Below are positions 41,272 through 52,391 of a stretch of 64,000 nt of DNA, one piece after another; the first letter of the stretch is position 1, and the number at the start of each line of letters is the position of its first letter. The notes beneath the pieces are model-generated. The model saw only the letters and a program-made list of their open reading frames with translations, did not search any database and was not told the DNA's origin. The DNA is taken from NCBI GenBank assembly GCA_965205675.1, contig OZ242186.1, positions 1,568,001-1,632,000 of the forward strand. The letters are read 5' to 3'. A program made the translations under genes and the position numbers. The stretch comes from Nitrosopumilus sp. Lineage in GTDB: Archaea; Thermoproteota; Nitrososphaeria; Nitrososphaerales; Nitrosopumilaceae.

Positions 41272-42436
41272 TAATTCATCAAGAGGCAAAGTTGTTGCAA
41301 GTGGAATTATTCCATTTCTTTTTGTTATTTTGATGATGGTGTATATTTTTGGTCCAGGTGCAGATTTACTAGATTTTGGAATTCTTCTTCCTGAAATCAC
41401 AATTGAAAAGATAGATTTTCTTGATTCTGAAATTCAAGCAACTGTTAGAAACACAGGTCCTATTCCTGTAGAAATTGTTATGGCTGATGTAAATGATCGA
41501 ATTCAACCTGCTGCAGTTGAACCTGATGGGTTTTTAGATAGATTTGAAATTGCTTTAGTTAGAATCCCTTTTGAATGGAATGAAGCAGAACCATATTTTA
41601 TTGGTATTACCATTGAGGATGGAACCCGGTTTGAAAAAGAAGTCCCAGCAGCTGCTCCTGCATTAGAATGGTCTTTGGATCTTGCAATATTTTTTGCAAT
41701 AATTGGAACGTATGTTGGAATAATACCTGTAATGATTGGATTGTTGTGGCTCCCATTTATTAAAAAAATTAATAAACAAAAATATCATTTCTTTTTAGCA
41801 TTAACTGCAGGATTATTACTTTTCTTGGCAGTTGATTCTATTGAAGAGTCAATTGAAGTTTCTGATGAAAATTTGGCTGATAGTTTCAATGGAACATTAC
41901 TTGTAGCTACAGTAACTGTGTTGTCTTTTCTTGCATTGTATTATTCTGGAAGCAAACTTGTAGATAAAGCTGGCTCTTCAAAATTCACAAAACCTGTAGC
42001 TGTTGGACTGATGATTTCTATTGGTATTGGATTACATAATTTTGGTGAAGGTCTTGCTATTGGATCTGCTGTAGGTATGGGATCCATAGCATTCAGTACA
42101 TTTTTGATTGTAGGATTTGCATTGCATAATACAACTGAAGGCCTAGCTATCGCTGCCCCCATGTCCCAAGGCAAGATGATGTTCGGAAAATTAGCTGCCA
42201 TGGGAATGATTGCTGGCAGTCCTGCTATTTTTGGGGCATGGATTGGAGGTTTTGTTTATTCCCCATTTACATCGGTAATTTTTCTAGCAATTGGTGCAGG
42301 TGCAATTTTTCAAGTTATACTTGTTATTATGAAATGGATATATGATGAAAATGACAAAAAACTATCCAATATTGCTGTAATCTCAGGATTTGCTATTGGG
42401 ATGCTAGTGATGTATCTTACTAGTATTTTAGTCTAA
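41258..42436 (+). CDS. ZIP-family divalent metal permease with extracytoplasmic domain
   Basis: GLHNFGEGLAIG and ALHNTTEGLAI. Confidence 0.9.
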   Translation: MELRDNSSRGKVVASGIIPFLFVILMMVYIFGPGADLLDFGILLPEITIEKIDFLDSEIQATVRNTGPIPVEIVMADVNDRIQPAAVEPDGFLDRFEIALVRIPFEWNEAEPYFIGITIEDGTRFEKEVPAAAPALEWSLDLAIFFAIIGTYVGIIPVMIGLLWLPFIKKINKQKYHFFLALTAGLLLFLAVDSIEESIEVSDENLADSFNGTLLVATVTVLSFLALYYSGSKLVDKAGSSKFTKPVAVGLMISIGIGLHNFGEGLAIGSAVGMGSIAFSTFLIVGFALHNTTEGLAIAAPMSQGKMMFGKLAAMGMIAGSPAIFGAWIGGFVYSPFTSVIFLAIGAGAIFQVILVIMKWIYDENDKKLSNIAVISGFAIGMLVMYLTSILV

Positions 42437-43785
42437 TTTGGCTCAGGATGAATTGTAATCACTGAATTTTTGATTTCTGTTCTAATAGCATGTTCAATTT
42501 CTGATGTTAAATCATGAACTTTTTCAATCGATAAATCTTTGTTAAATGAACAATCTATGTCTATTTTGAGAATATTTTCAAATTTCAATGATAATATTCT
42601 ACCAATTGTTTTAATGTCTGGATATTTTTCTAATATTATTTTGATTTTTTCTTCAGTTTCTACATCTTCCATATTGAGATTTTCGGGAACTGCCACAAAA
42701 GGCTCTAAATGAATAGTTACATGTTCAATTTCTGGAATTTGTTCGTGAATTTCACGTTCAATTATTTCGGAAATTTTGTGTGCTGATGACAAATTAATTT
42801 CTCTATCCACCATGACATGTAAATTAGAATATGTTTTATTTTTTGCTTTATGTGTAGTGACATTATGAACTCCTCTCACCCCTTTTACATTTTTTGCAAT
42901 CTCTAAAATTTTTGCATCTAATGGAACATTTTTCCAATTTGGTTCGAAATGAACTGTGGTTGACGCATTTGGAATGTTATTTTTTATGTTTCTCTCAACA
43001 CTATCGCTAATTTCATGTGCTTTATCAAAACTAGTATCTCCTCTTAATGAGACAGTGACATCTGCAAAAATTATATCACCTGATTTTCTCATTAGTATTG
43101 AACCTGTATCAACCACTCCTTCTGTAGCTATTGAAATTTCTCTAACATGTTTCACCAATTCTGGAGATATTACATCAGTCAAATCCAATGCTGTTCTGTA
43201 TACTAGTTTTAGACTCAGTATTGCCAACAAAACTCCTAGGATTAGCGCTGCGATAAAATCTCCGAAATACAAACCATAGGATACTAAAACAATCCCAGCA
43301 ATTGCAACTAGGGTGGAACCAAGATCCATAAATGCATGATAAAAATCGGCTTTTAGAGTTGCCCCTCCAATTTTTTTAATTGTTCTTCTCAACAGAATAA
43401 TTCTGAAAAAGTCAATTCCCATTGTATATAGTCCGCCAATTACTGCAAATAACCCTGGTAAAACACTTGGAGGTGGACTTTGTAGCCTGTTGATGGATTC
43501 ATAAATGAAAAAACAAGCAATCAGAAAAATCGCTATTCCCCCAATTAATCCTCCTAAAGATTCAATTTTTCCATGTCCGTATGTGTGCTCTGCATCTGGC
43601 GGTTTAATTGCCCATCTTGCAGCCAAAAGCAAAACTAGAGTAACTACACTGTCTAGTAAAGCATGAATACTATCTGTAATTAATGCTAAACTATTTGAAA
43701 TTAATCCAAAAATTAACTCTACTAGAAATGCTGAAAAAATGGCTAAAAGTGAAATCTGTAAAACTTTGGTTCTCTGAACAAACAT
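42433..43785 (-). CDS. Cation diffusion facilitator transporter with repeated C-terminal dimerisation domains
   Basis: SLALITDSIHALLD, HTYGHGKIE, HAFMD; repeated (V/I)H.EP endings. Confidence 0.92.
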   Translation of the reverse strand: MFVQRTKVLQISLLAIFSAFLVELIFGLISNSLALITDSIHALLDSVVTLVLLLAARWAIKPPDAEHTYGHGKIESLGGLIGGIAIFLIACFFIYESINRLQSPPPSVLPGLFAVIGGLYTMGIDFFRIILLRRTIKKIGGATLKADFYHAFMDLGSTLVAIAGIVLVSYGLYFGDFIAALILGVLLAILSLKLVYRTALDLTDVISPELVKHVREISIATEGVVDTGSILMRKSGDIIFADVTVSLRGDTSFDKAHEISDSVERNIKNNIPNASTTVHFEPNWKNVPLDAKILEIAKNVKGVRGVHNVTTHKAKNKTYSNLHVMVDREINLSSAHKISEIIEREIHEQIPEIEHVTIHLEPFVAVPENLNMEDVETEEKIKIILEKYPDIKTIGRILSLKFENILKIDIDCSFNKDLSIEKVHDLTSEIEHAIRTEIKNSVITIHPEPN

Positions 43786-43914
43786 TACTTTTGATAATCT
43801 GAATCATGTATTACATTTTTCTAAGGAATGGGGATATGTTGTATGGCAAGATGAAGAAATTGTTGTAGTTCCAAAAATTGTTTCTTTAAATAACAAAATC
43901 ACTACAAAAAATTA

Positions 43915-44571
43915 TTGGGTTTAAGGGAAATTGGACTAAAAGAAGAATATCGTTCAGACAGAGATGATATTGTTGCAGAATTCTTTCTTCCTTGTCTAAG
44001 TAATTGCGTTGAGTATAACAGATGTGTGGATTTTTTATCAATTCAAACACTATCTACGTTTTCTGTAGCATTTGAAAATTTTGCAGAAGGTAAAGCAAAA
44101 TTAAGAATGATTACAGGTCACAGATTTAGAACAATTGACTTGAATTTATTTGCAAAGCTCTTTTCTGAGAAATTTACAAAATCATTTGAAGGTAAACTAA
44201 TTAAAGATGCTAAAATTCAAAAGCTTCAAGAGATTGTAAATCGAGGACAGGTAGAATTAAAAATTGCAATACCAAATTCAGAAAGAATCACAGATACATT
44301 TTCAGAAAGGATTGGAATTTTTAGAGATGAAGAAGATCAAACAGTGTCGTTTACAGGAACATCTAAAGAATCATTTTCAGCTCAATCAAGAGATTTTGAA
44401 TCTGTAGATGTATTTACATCATGGAATGATAAATCAAGGGTAGAAAGAAAAGTAAAAGACTTTGAAGAATTGTGGGAAAACAAAACAAAACATGTAAAAG
44501 TTTATGATTTTATGTATGCAGAAGAAAATAATCTTTTAAAATATTCATCAGAATGGATAATGAAGGATTAA
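43915..44571 (+). CDS. Stand-alone homologue of the PLD-like N-terminal domain of SF2 helicase/restriction proteins
   Basis: EYRSDRDDIVAEFFLPCL, ERIGIFRD..VSFTGTS, FESVDVFTSW, FEELWEN; HKD His not evident. Confidence 0.6.
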   Translation: MGLREIGLKEEYRSDRDDIVAEFFLPCLSNCVEYNRCVDFLSIQTLSTFSVAFENFAEGKAKLRMITGHRFRTIDLNLFAKLFSEKFTKSFEGKLIKDAKIQKLQEIVNRGQVELKIAIPNSERITDTFSERIGIFRDEEDQTVSFTGTSKESFSAQSRDFESVDVFTSWNDKSRVERKVKDFEELWENKTKHVKVYDFMYAEENNLLKYSSEWIMKD

Positions 44572-45167
44572 AACTCAAAAGATTCTTCTAATCTTGCCTT
44601 ATTTGCAAAGAAACTCATACGATTAATTTTGTAATAAATTATCTCACCTCTTCTTTCGATGACTGCAATAATTGGTTCTTTTCCCATTTGAGTGATTTCT
44701 TCAATCTTTTTCTGCAAGGTCCTCATTTTTTCTTGTTGGCCCTCATTAAGACCAAAAATTAAAAATTTTGCTCCTTTTTCACCATAATGTCCTCTTTCAT
44801 AGACTCTAAAATCATAACCAAATCCAAAGCCATCTTTAACCACATATCCTTTATTTCGTAAATCTCGATAAATCAAAAATTTGGTAAGAATTTCAGAATC
44901 AATCGTTTGACAGATATTCATAAAATAATCAAATTTAATTTGTTTTTTGTTCTTTTTCAAAATCAATCTTTTTGTATACAATAGATAGAGAGTCTCAAAA
45001 GATTTTAGAAATAGTATTTCTTTTTCAATTTCTCCAAATCCTTTCATATCTAATTCATGAATCATATTCTTGTCCAAAATACGAGTTTGATCAGAAATTA
45101 ATTCTCCATGAACTAGAGAAATCTCTTCCATAATAAAGTCAAAATCAAATGATTTCCATATAAGCAT
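44568..45167 (-). CDS. endA: tRNA-splicing endonuclease subunit
   Basis: YRDLRNKGYVVKDGFGFGYDFRVYERG. Confidence 0.85.
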   Translation of the reverse strand: MLIWKSFDFDFIMEEISLVHGELISDQTRILDKNMIHELDMKGFGEIEKEILFLKSFETLYLLYTKRLILKKNKKQIKFDYFMNICQTIDSEILTKFLIYRDLRNKGYVVKDGFGFGYDFRVYERGHYGEKGAKFLIFGLNEGQQEKMRTLQKKIEEITQMGKEPIIAVIERRGEIIYYKINRMSFFANKARLEESFEF

Positions 45168-45230
45168 TGGAGAATACTCAAAAATGCTTGGTTAACCGTT
45201 AAAATATGGGTATTTTGACTTGAAGATATA

Positions 45231-45740
45231 TTGCATGGTGCTAATTATCGAGATGGGAAAGGACAAGTCTTTACAAGAAAAGAATACATCAAAGGTAAAC
45301 CACAAATTAAAATTGCAAAATTTCAAGGAGGAAAAAGAGGAACGTATCAGTATTGTGTTCAATTATTACTAAATGAGAAAATTCAGATTAGACATATGGC
45401 TATTGAATCAACAAGATTGGCAGCAAACAAAACTCTAGAAAAAACAACAGGGGAAACAGGATATTATTCAAGGTTGAGAATATACCCACATAATCTTCTA
45501 AGAGAAAATAAACAGATTGCAACGGCAGGTGCAGACAGAGTTTCAGAAGGAATGAGAAGATCATGGGGAAAAGCAGTTAGTCTAGGAGCCAGAGTAAAAC
45601 AAGGACAATGCATTATGGAATTGTATGTTAACGGTGATACTCATTTAGATGCTGCAAAAAAAGCACTTCACGGATCATGTGTAAAACTACCAGGAACACC
45701 ACTAATCAAGGTAGTTAAATGGAACAAGTTATCACCATAA
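45231..45740 (+). CDS. rpl10e: 50S ribosomal protein uL16 (L10e)
   Basis: RIYPHNLLRENK, GADRVSEGMRRSWGK. Confidence 0.95.
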   Translation: MHGANYRDGKGQVFTRKEYIKGKPQIKIAKFQGGKRGTYQYCVQLLLNEKIQIRHMAIESTRLAANKTLEKTTGETGYYSRLRIYPHNLLRENKQIATAGADRVSEGMRRSWGKAVSLGARVKQGQCIMELYVNGDTHLDAAKKALHGSCVKLPGTPLIKVVKWNKLSP

Positions 45741-45995
45741 ATTATCTAAATCAGGTTTCTTGGTTTTGATAAATTCCATAAATTCATTAAATTCTTGTTT
45801 GGTCGGGTTTCGATTTAGAATTCTTTTTGATTGATAGTAAAATGTATTATAGATTCGTCCTACAACAATACCCAACGCAAAAGATTTTGAATCATCTACA
45901 CCAGAAAGTAGTTTAATCAATTCTTTGATCTCATCTTTGTTAGATAGAGAGTCTTGGATTTTTTGTTCTATTTTCTTTAGTAAGATGTCATCCAT
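45732..45995 (-). CDS. Hypothetical protein
   Basis: 87-aa ORF, FALGIVVGRIYNTFYYQ. Confidence 0.65.
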   Translation of the reverse strand: MDDILLKKIEQKIQDSLSNKDEIKELIKLLSGVDDSKSFALGIVVGRIYNTFYYQSKRILNRNPTKQEFNEFMEFIKTKKPDLDNLW

Positions 45996-46424
45996 GATGA
46001 TGATTCTTAGTTCAAATAGTTAATAAAACAGTTTAATTGTAGACGTCATGATGTTTTGTTTATCAAAACAAATATTTTTGCGCCTAGTCGCTACTTTTTC
46101 TTCAGATAATCAGAAAGTATCATATCTGCCATCTCTGAGACATCCACATCTTCTCTCACGGCCAAACATGGGGCATGCAAAATGGTTTTCAAATAACGTA
46201 TTTTATGCTGAAACATAGCGATTAGAATTTGATTGTGTGAGATCATGTATAAAAGAAATAAGAGAAAAAATGAACATCATAGACACTGCCAATAAGATAT
46301 GATTTTTCACAATATTCTATAAAACAGGATCTTCATAAAGTCCTATAAAATAATCGTGTGTTCCTATTGGAAGGACGGATTCACGGATTTTACAGTTATT
46401 AAAGGGGATTTTTCTAATCTCAAT

Positions 46425-46880
46425 ATGCCTAGTTATCAAGATCAAACGTGGATCAGATTATGGAAAGAAAACTCTCCTAAAATACGTGAACGAGTAGTTG
46501 GATGGCGTAAACAAAATGCAGTTACTCGTATTGATAAACCAAGTAGATTACAAAGAGCAAGAAGGTTAGGTTACAAAGCAAAACAAGGTATTATTGTAGT
46601 TAGAATGAGAGTTGGTACTGGAGGTATGAGAAAACAAAGACCTACGGGGGGTAGAAGACCAAAGCATCTTGGTGTTACAAGAATTAAGGCCGATGATGAT
46701 ATGAAAATTGTTGCAGATAGGAGAGTCATCCAAAGATATCCCAACATGAAGCTTTTAGGTTCTTATTTTGTCTATAAAGATGGAAAACATTATTGGTTTG
46801 AAGTTATTCTAGCAGATCCTGATCATCCTAGAATTGCACAAGATAAAGAATTAACCAAAAGAATTCCTAGAACTGCATAA
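46425..46880 (+). CDS. rpl15e: 50S ribosomal protein eL15
   Basis: RARRLGYKAKQG, GRRPKHLG, WFEVILADP; ATG at 46425. Confidence 0.95.
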   Translation: MPSYQDQTWIRLWKENSPKIRERVVGWRKQNAVTRIDKPSRLQRARRLGYKAKQGIIVVRMRVGTGGMRKQRPTGGRRPKHLGVTRIKADDDMKIVADRRVIQRYPNMKLLGSYFVYKDGKHYWFEVILADPDHPRIAQDKELTKRIPRTA

Positions 46881-46881
46881 A

Positions 46882-47439
46882 TTGAAAGCGATATTATTTG
46901 TATCTGTATTATTCATTTTTATATTAACTCCTGCATACGGTCAATCACTATCTGATACAACTGGATTAATAAATAGATTGGATGTTAAAACTGGTGGCCA
47001 TTCCTTTGACATCAAAGTCACTTCAAATTTTGACATCTCAAATTTCGAATTTGATAAAGATGAGAAAAAATTAACCCTTTACATTACAAGTAGTTTGGAA
47101 AATAATTTAGGTGAAATACTTGTCCCTCTAAATTTTTTGAGTGGAAATCTTACATTCTTTGTCAACGATCAACAATATTTCCCAAAGATAAGTACCAATG
47201 AAAAAATTTCTTTTGTGACCTTAAATTTTACTGGTTCTGGAGACAATAAATTAGAACTTTTTGGAACTACGTATCTTTCAGGCTTAGTTGATAGAAGTGA
47301 TATAAATGCCAGTATTGGTAATACATTACAAAAAAAAAATACTTTTGATGATTCTTTTAATTGGATAATTATGGTAGGATCTTTGATAGTTGTTACAGGA
47401 TTTATTATAATGAAATTCAAAAAAAAGAAATTAAACTAA
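46882..47439 (+). CDS. Secreted/membrane-anchored protein (thaumarchaeal cell-surface type)
   Basis: Signal peptide, C-terminal TM followed by a KKKK tail. Confidence 0.7.
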   Translation: MKAILFVSVLFIFILTPAYGQSLSDTTGLINRLDVKTGGHSFDIKVTSNFDISNFEFDKDEKKLTLYITSSLENNLGEILVPLNFLSGNLTFFVNDQQYFPKISTNEKISFVTLNFTGSGDNKLELFGTTYLSGLVDRSDINASIGNTLQKKNTFDDSFNWIIMVGSLIVVTGFIIMKFKKKKLN

Positions 47440-47483
47440 GGTGATTATAAACATAGTATCCGCAACTAATTCTATCTAATTAT

Positions 47484-48551
47484 TAGACCTCTTGCGCAAT
47501 TAGACATATTTTACCATATTACACAAATTCATTCACAACAAGATCCAAAGCTAAGAACAACCTAACACATTTCATGTTAACACACAAGCAACTCTCAAAA
47601 AAGCCAAAATCCCTTCTCTCTTTTACTGGAGTGACTAGGCAACAGTTTGATGTGATTCTAAAGGATGTCAGAAAGAATCATCGTATCACAGAACAAAAGA
47701 GACTGTCTCAAAGACAGAGAAAAAGAGACGTCATGGCCCTGGGAGAAAGTTTGATTTGAGTCTTGAAGACCAGCTTGTAATGTTGTTTGTTTACTATCGG
47801 ATGTACCTGACATGTGAATTGACAGGATATCTGTTTGGATTAGACCAGAGCAACGTCTACAGAAACATCAGATATTTAGAGCCTGCAGTAAGAAAAACAG
47901 TTCCTATTCCTGCAAAACTATACTCTGATTCCAAAAAAATGATGTACAGCAACTCCAACTGTTCTTTCCTGAATTAATTGCAATGACTGATGGGACAGAG
48001 CAGCAAATCCCAAGACCCCAGAACAAAAAGAAAAGACTCACTATTCAGGCAAAAAAAACACACAATAAAAAACCAAACACCGTAAACCAGAAAGGTGAGA
48101 TAATCCACAAACCCCCACATTCTCCAGGTAACATGATTATGCCATACTGAAAATCAGACATCCAGAACTGCCCGAAGATGTGATGATATTTTATGACCTT
48201 GGGTATTTGGGAGTGGAAAAAGATTTTCCAGAACAGACAAGCATTCTACCATACAAGAAAAAGAAAGGAAAAAAACTGACCATACATCAAAAGGAATGGA
48301 ACAAGATACAGTCAAGAATCCGAATAAAAGTAGAACATATTATCTCTCAAATCAAAAAGTTTAGGATTAATTCTGAGACATTTAGGAATAGATTGTGCAG
48401 ATATGATGCAATAAGTGACATCGTATGTGGAATTGTAAATTTCAAGACAAGATGGAAGCAAGAGTTTGTTGTGATTCCATAAGATTAGAAATTATTTGAA
48501 ATTAAATTCAATGAAAGATAAGATTTTGTTTGTAATTACGCAAGAGGTCTA
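47484..48551 (+). mobile_element. IS5-family element with multiply frameshifted transposase
   Basis: Both TIRs present; ORF pieces at 47574, 47756 and 48180 match 20858-21775. Confidence 0.88.
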
Positions 48552-48642
48552 ATATATAACAACTATATTAGTATTATGAAACTAATTACATAATATTAAG
48601 GAACTAAGTAAATAATAAATAGATGGAAATGTTACCAGTAAC

Positions 48643-48996
48643 ATGATGTCTGAAACAGTATCTAAAACAATCGCCGAGTCTGATGGGAAAGTTCTGGAAC
48701 TTGGACCATTAGAAGATACATTTCCATGTTCCAGATCAAAGATTCTGGACTTTCTAATTGTGTTTGATGATTATGACTATTCGATTTCAGATATTGCGAG
48801 ACATTCTGGAATATCATTCAAAACTGCTCTGAATGAAGTACGAACACTTGAATCAGAATCTCTCATAACAAGAACCAGGAGATCAGGTAAGGCAATAATG
48901 TACAAACTTAATTTGGATTCAAAACAGGTCCAACTAACCAGTCAACTTGCAAAAGAGATTGCAGTTAGACGGATAAAAGAATCAAAGAAAAAATAA
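48643..48996 (+). CDS. ArsR-like winged-helix regulator, paralogue of 22542-22895
   Basis: SRSKILDFL..DYSISDIARHSGISFKT...TRRSGKAIMYKLN. Confidence 0.8.
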   Translation: MMSETVSKTIAESDGKVLELGPLEDTFPCSRSKILDFLIVFDDYDYSISDIARHSGISFKTALNEVRTLESESLITRTRRSGKAIMYKLNLDSKQVQLTSQLAKEIAVRRIKESKKK

Positions 48997-49142
48997 TCTA
49001 AGGTTTATTTTTAATTAATGCTTTGATTTGAAAAATACTAATCAGGAATTTGTACTATATGGAAATTATGTCGCTTATCCATTTGTATCCTCTTCGGCCC
49101 AATTGGGGTTATATCATCTCTGATCGTTTTTGTGGCAATTCT

Positions 49143-50540
49143 GTATGTATCAAGCACTTTAGATGTATTTTGCCATCTCAGAAAACATATTCAACTCCCT
49201 TATCCTCCATGTTTCAAAGCATGTTAAAAATATAGAAAGCATCCTCATTCCCTGATTGCTTTTCATCTGTCCGCGAACATTTCTCTGCATGATACACTTT
49301 TGAATAGAATTTTCAGTGTCATTGTTAGTTGATGGAATACAGGGATATTTCACAAATGTAAACAGACTATTTCTTGCAGTTTTTAGTTTCTTACCAAACT
49401 GAATCATTTCTTTATCACCTGACATGTATTGACATATTATAGAATCTGTTTGTTTTAGTAAATTCAACGCATATCTTTTACGTTGTTTCTCTGAATGTTC
49501 TTGTATGCTATACCGTCTTGCACGATGCAATGGTTTTGAGAGTTTTCCATAAATGGTTTTAGCCTGTTTATCATTTGATTTTCTTGCAAGATATTTTGCA
49601 TCACGCTGCAGATGTGCAGTGCATCTCTGTTTTACATTATCACAAAATACCGTTCTGTATGGAGCATATCCATCAGATATTAAAATCCCTGAGAATTTCT
49701 TCCAACATTTTTTTAGGATTTTAGCACCTCTACTGTACTCTAAAGTGTGATGAGCTTCTGTTTTGCTTCTTGCAACCTAACACCCAATCCAGTCTTTCCG
49801 TCAATTGGAAATGCTGTCTCATCCATTCCAAGAATCTTTTCAGTCACGATTTCACTACTAATGTCATGGTACAATGGTTCTAACATAATACTGCCAGTGC
49901 GAAGAATAGATTGTACTGTAGTGCAGCTAATTTTCAATCCATATCTTTCTTGAAGAGTTACTCTAATGGTATCGTATGGCATTCTCTTTGAGAATAATGA
50001 GACTGCCTCACGTATTGCAGAAGCATCAAAGCATCCACATGGTGGAAGATTTCCATCTGTCTTGAAACTATCAGAGCAGTTCTTGCAATTATACTGATAC
50101 AAGACATGCTCAGTTGCAATGTATTGAGTTGGTGGAGGGATTTCAACCATTATTCTTTTGACAGTCTTGGTTTGAAGGATATCTTCACTTCCACATTTGG
50201 GACATTCTAAACATTTGTGATGTATGGTACTTAGTTGGGGTGAATTTCTGTGTTGTGCCCTTGTGACCGGGTATGCCACCACGTTTTGATTTGCCAGAAT
50301 CAGAATCTCTGTTTTTCTTTGCATCTTGTTTCTGTTTTCTCCATTCAAGTGAATTTTTTGATGGTGGTGAGTGTGGATTTTCATAGTATGATAATTTTTG
50401 CGTGAGTTGTTTTACTTTTTCTTGTAATTGTAAGATGATTTTCTCATGACCACACTCTGACATGTATTGTAGAATGATTTAGCTGATCTTTGATTTTTTT
50501 GTGTAATGGTATTGATTTATGTGTGAAGCTTGATACATAC
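49143..50540 (-). mobile_element. IS66-family element (single-ORF type), transposase frameshifted
   Basis: 13-bp TIR GTATGTATCAAGC at both ends; CPKCG/CKNC Zn finger, GMDET, PSTNNDTENSI. Confidence 0.85.
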
Positions 50541-50874
50541 TATTTTTTATCTCTATAAAGAATAACTTTTGAAATATAATCAGCTGATTAATCATGGTTG
50601 CATGTATGAATCCTTTAGTACAGATAGAAATGTGTTTATCATGACGTAGATCATTTGTAATTTTTTTTCTGACTAAATCATAGATTGGTTCTATTTCAAC
50701 TCTATAGAATCCATACTTATTTTTCTCTATTGTATATTTCAAACATGGATATTTGTCGTGATAATATTGTAAAGCATTAGATATCTGTTCAAATAATTTA
50801 TCATATATTGGATTAGTAGGCCATACCAAATCAGTTTCAGTATGATTTTCTAATCTGAATAACATTTTAAACAA
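50541..50874 (-). pseudogene. Hypothetical protein, 3' end replaced by IS66
   Basis: ORF 50479-50874 reads into the IS66 end at 50540. Confidence 0.5.
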
Positions 50875-51663
50875 TTAGGAAAGGGAGTTTATTTCCAATT
50901 GATTGTGTATGGAATAGTTTTGTCTTGGATCATCAACTCTATCCATGTCTACAGTGCGAACAGAAGAACTAGTTGGAAAGTATTGAACGTTACCATTTTC
51001 ATCTGTTGAAATTACAGTGCCATATTGGTTTTCCATATTGTGTTCGTAAGAATAATTCACATTAAGGCGTTTGTTTGCTTGCATCAACCAAAATGGATCC
51101 ATCCAATCATGAGAATTTCCAACTGTTAGTAATTGATTTCCCATATATCCATCACGAAGTTTTTCCCATATTGGAGCAAATGCATGACATGTCCATAAGC
51201 CTGAATAACAATCATATCCATAACCTGATTGAAATTTTACTTCTGGTACAACATCACAGTCACTACATCTATGAGATACAAAACTGACATTAGAAATAGA
51301 ATCATCATGTTCAGATTCTTCTTCTGCCAAGTGATGTTCAGCAGCTATTTGTCTCCAATATGCTTTGTTGGTTTCATATTCTTCAACAGTTGGAATACCT
51401 AATGTACGCATTGTTTCTTTGATGTCGTCAAACTCTGCTTCTAATTCACTGATTTGTTGTTCATTAGTTATTACTTTTAACAACTCTTGAATTTGAACAC
51501 CTCTATTACCTAGTGTGTCTATTTCTTCAGTGACATTAGTTACTGGTCCAATTTTTTCTGTAAACTCTTCTTCTCCTGGTTCTTGTGCAAATGAGTTTGT
51601 CATTCCAATTGGAATTAACAAAATCAATGCCAAGAAAGGAATTGTGTATTTTATTTTGTTCAT
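50875..51663 (-). CDS. Secreted hypothetical protein sharing its leader with the S8 subtilase
   Basis: Signal peptide + PGEEEFTEKIGPV; acidic helical region; Cys-containing C-terminal domain. Confidence 0.75.
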   Translation of the reverse strand: MNKIKYTIPFLALILLIPIGMTNSFAQEPGEEEFTEKIGPVTNVTEEIDTLGNRGVQIQELLKVITNEQQISELEAEFDDIKETMRTLGIPTVEEYETNKAYWRQIAAEHHLAEEESEHDDSISNVSFVSHRCSDCDVVPEVKFQSGYGYDCYSGLWTCHAFAPIWEKLRDGYMGNQLLTVGNSHDWMDPFWLMQANKRLNVNYSYEHNMENQYGTVISTDENGNVQYFPTSSSVRTVDMDRVDDPRQNYSIHNQLEINSLS

Positions 51664-52391
51664 GTTATTAGATTAATAAAATTAGTCCTAGCTAATAAAA
51701 TGATCCTTGATTATTCGATCATATAATATCAGTTTAACCTAAATGGTTCTGGTAAAAAACAGTGATCAAGATCACCAAATTTTAACATCAGGGTTTGTAA
51801 CATGGCATTCTCAATCAATTCGCGCATAAAATAATCTTATATCTGGGAAAATCTATGTTGGAAGAAAAACCTAATAGACGGATCACCAAAAACTACCAGA
51901 ACCTGCAAAGATGTTCACGAACTTTTGATCGTCGCTATATGTTTTTTGATTATTTCCATGAGAGTATCATATTTTCTGTCAGGTACAACTTTGTTTCCTA
52001 ATTATACAATCTAGGCTCAAAGTATCATTGAAGAAGACTTGGATCATAAATTTTCAGGCTCAAATAGTGTAATTGGGAAACAAAGTTCACTGATCAGAAA
52101 AGATATAGATAAAAAATATTAAAGAAAATACTTCAAAACTCTAGACAGGTACGCAAGAGGTCTATTTGATAATAACCCTCACAACTTAAAATCTGCAAGT
52201 GAATCGGAGAATAATTGATTTACTTCGTGATTTGATGCCAAAATCAACTGAGGGAAAAATATTGTTTGGTGGTCTAATAGTTTTAGGATTGTTAGTGTTG
52301 AGTAAAAAATAATAATTTATTTATTTTCTATTAATTTTTAATGATTTTTCATGTTAAGCGTATACGTTTGACTGCTGTTAATTAGATAAAC

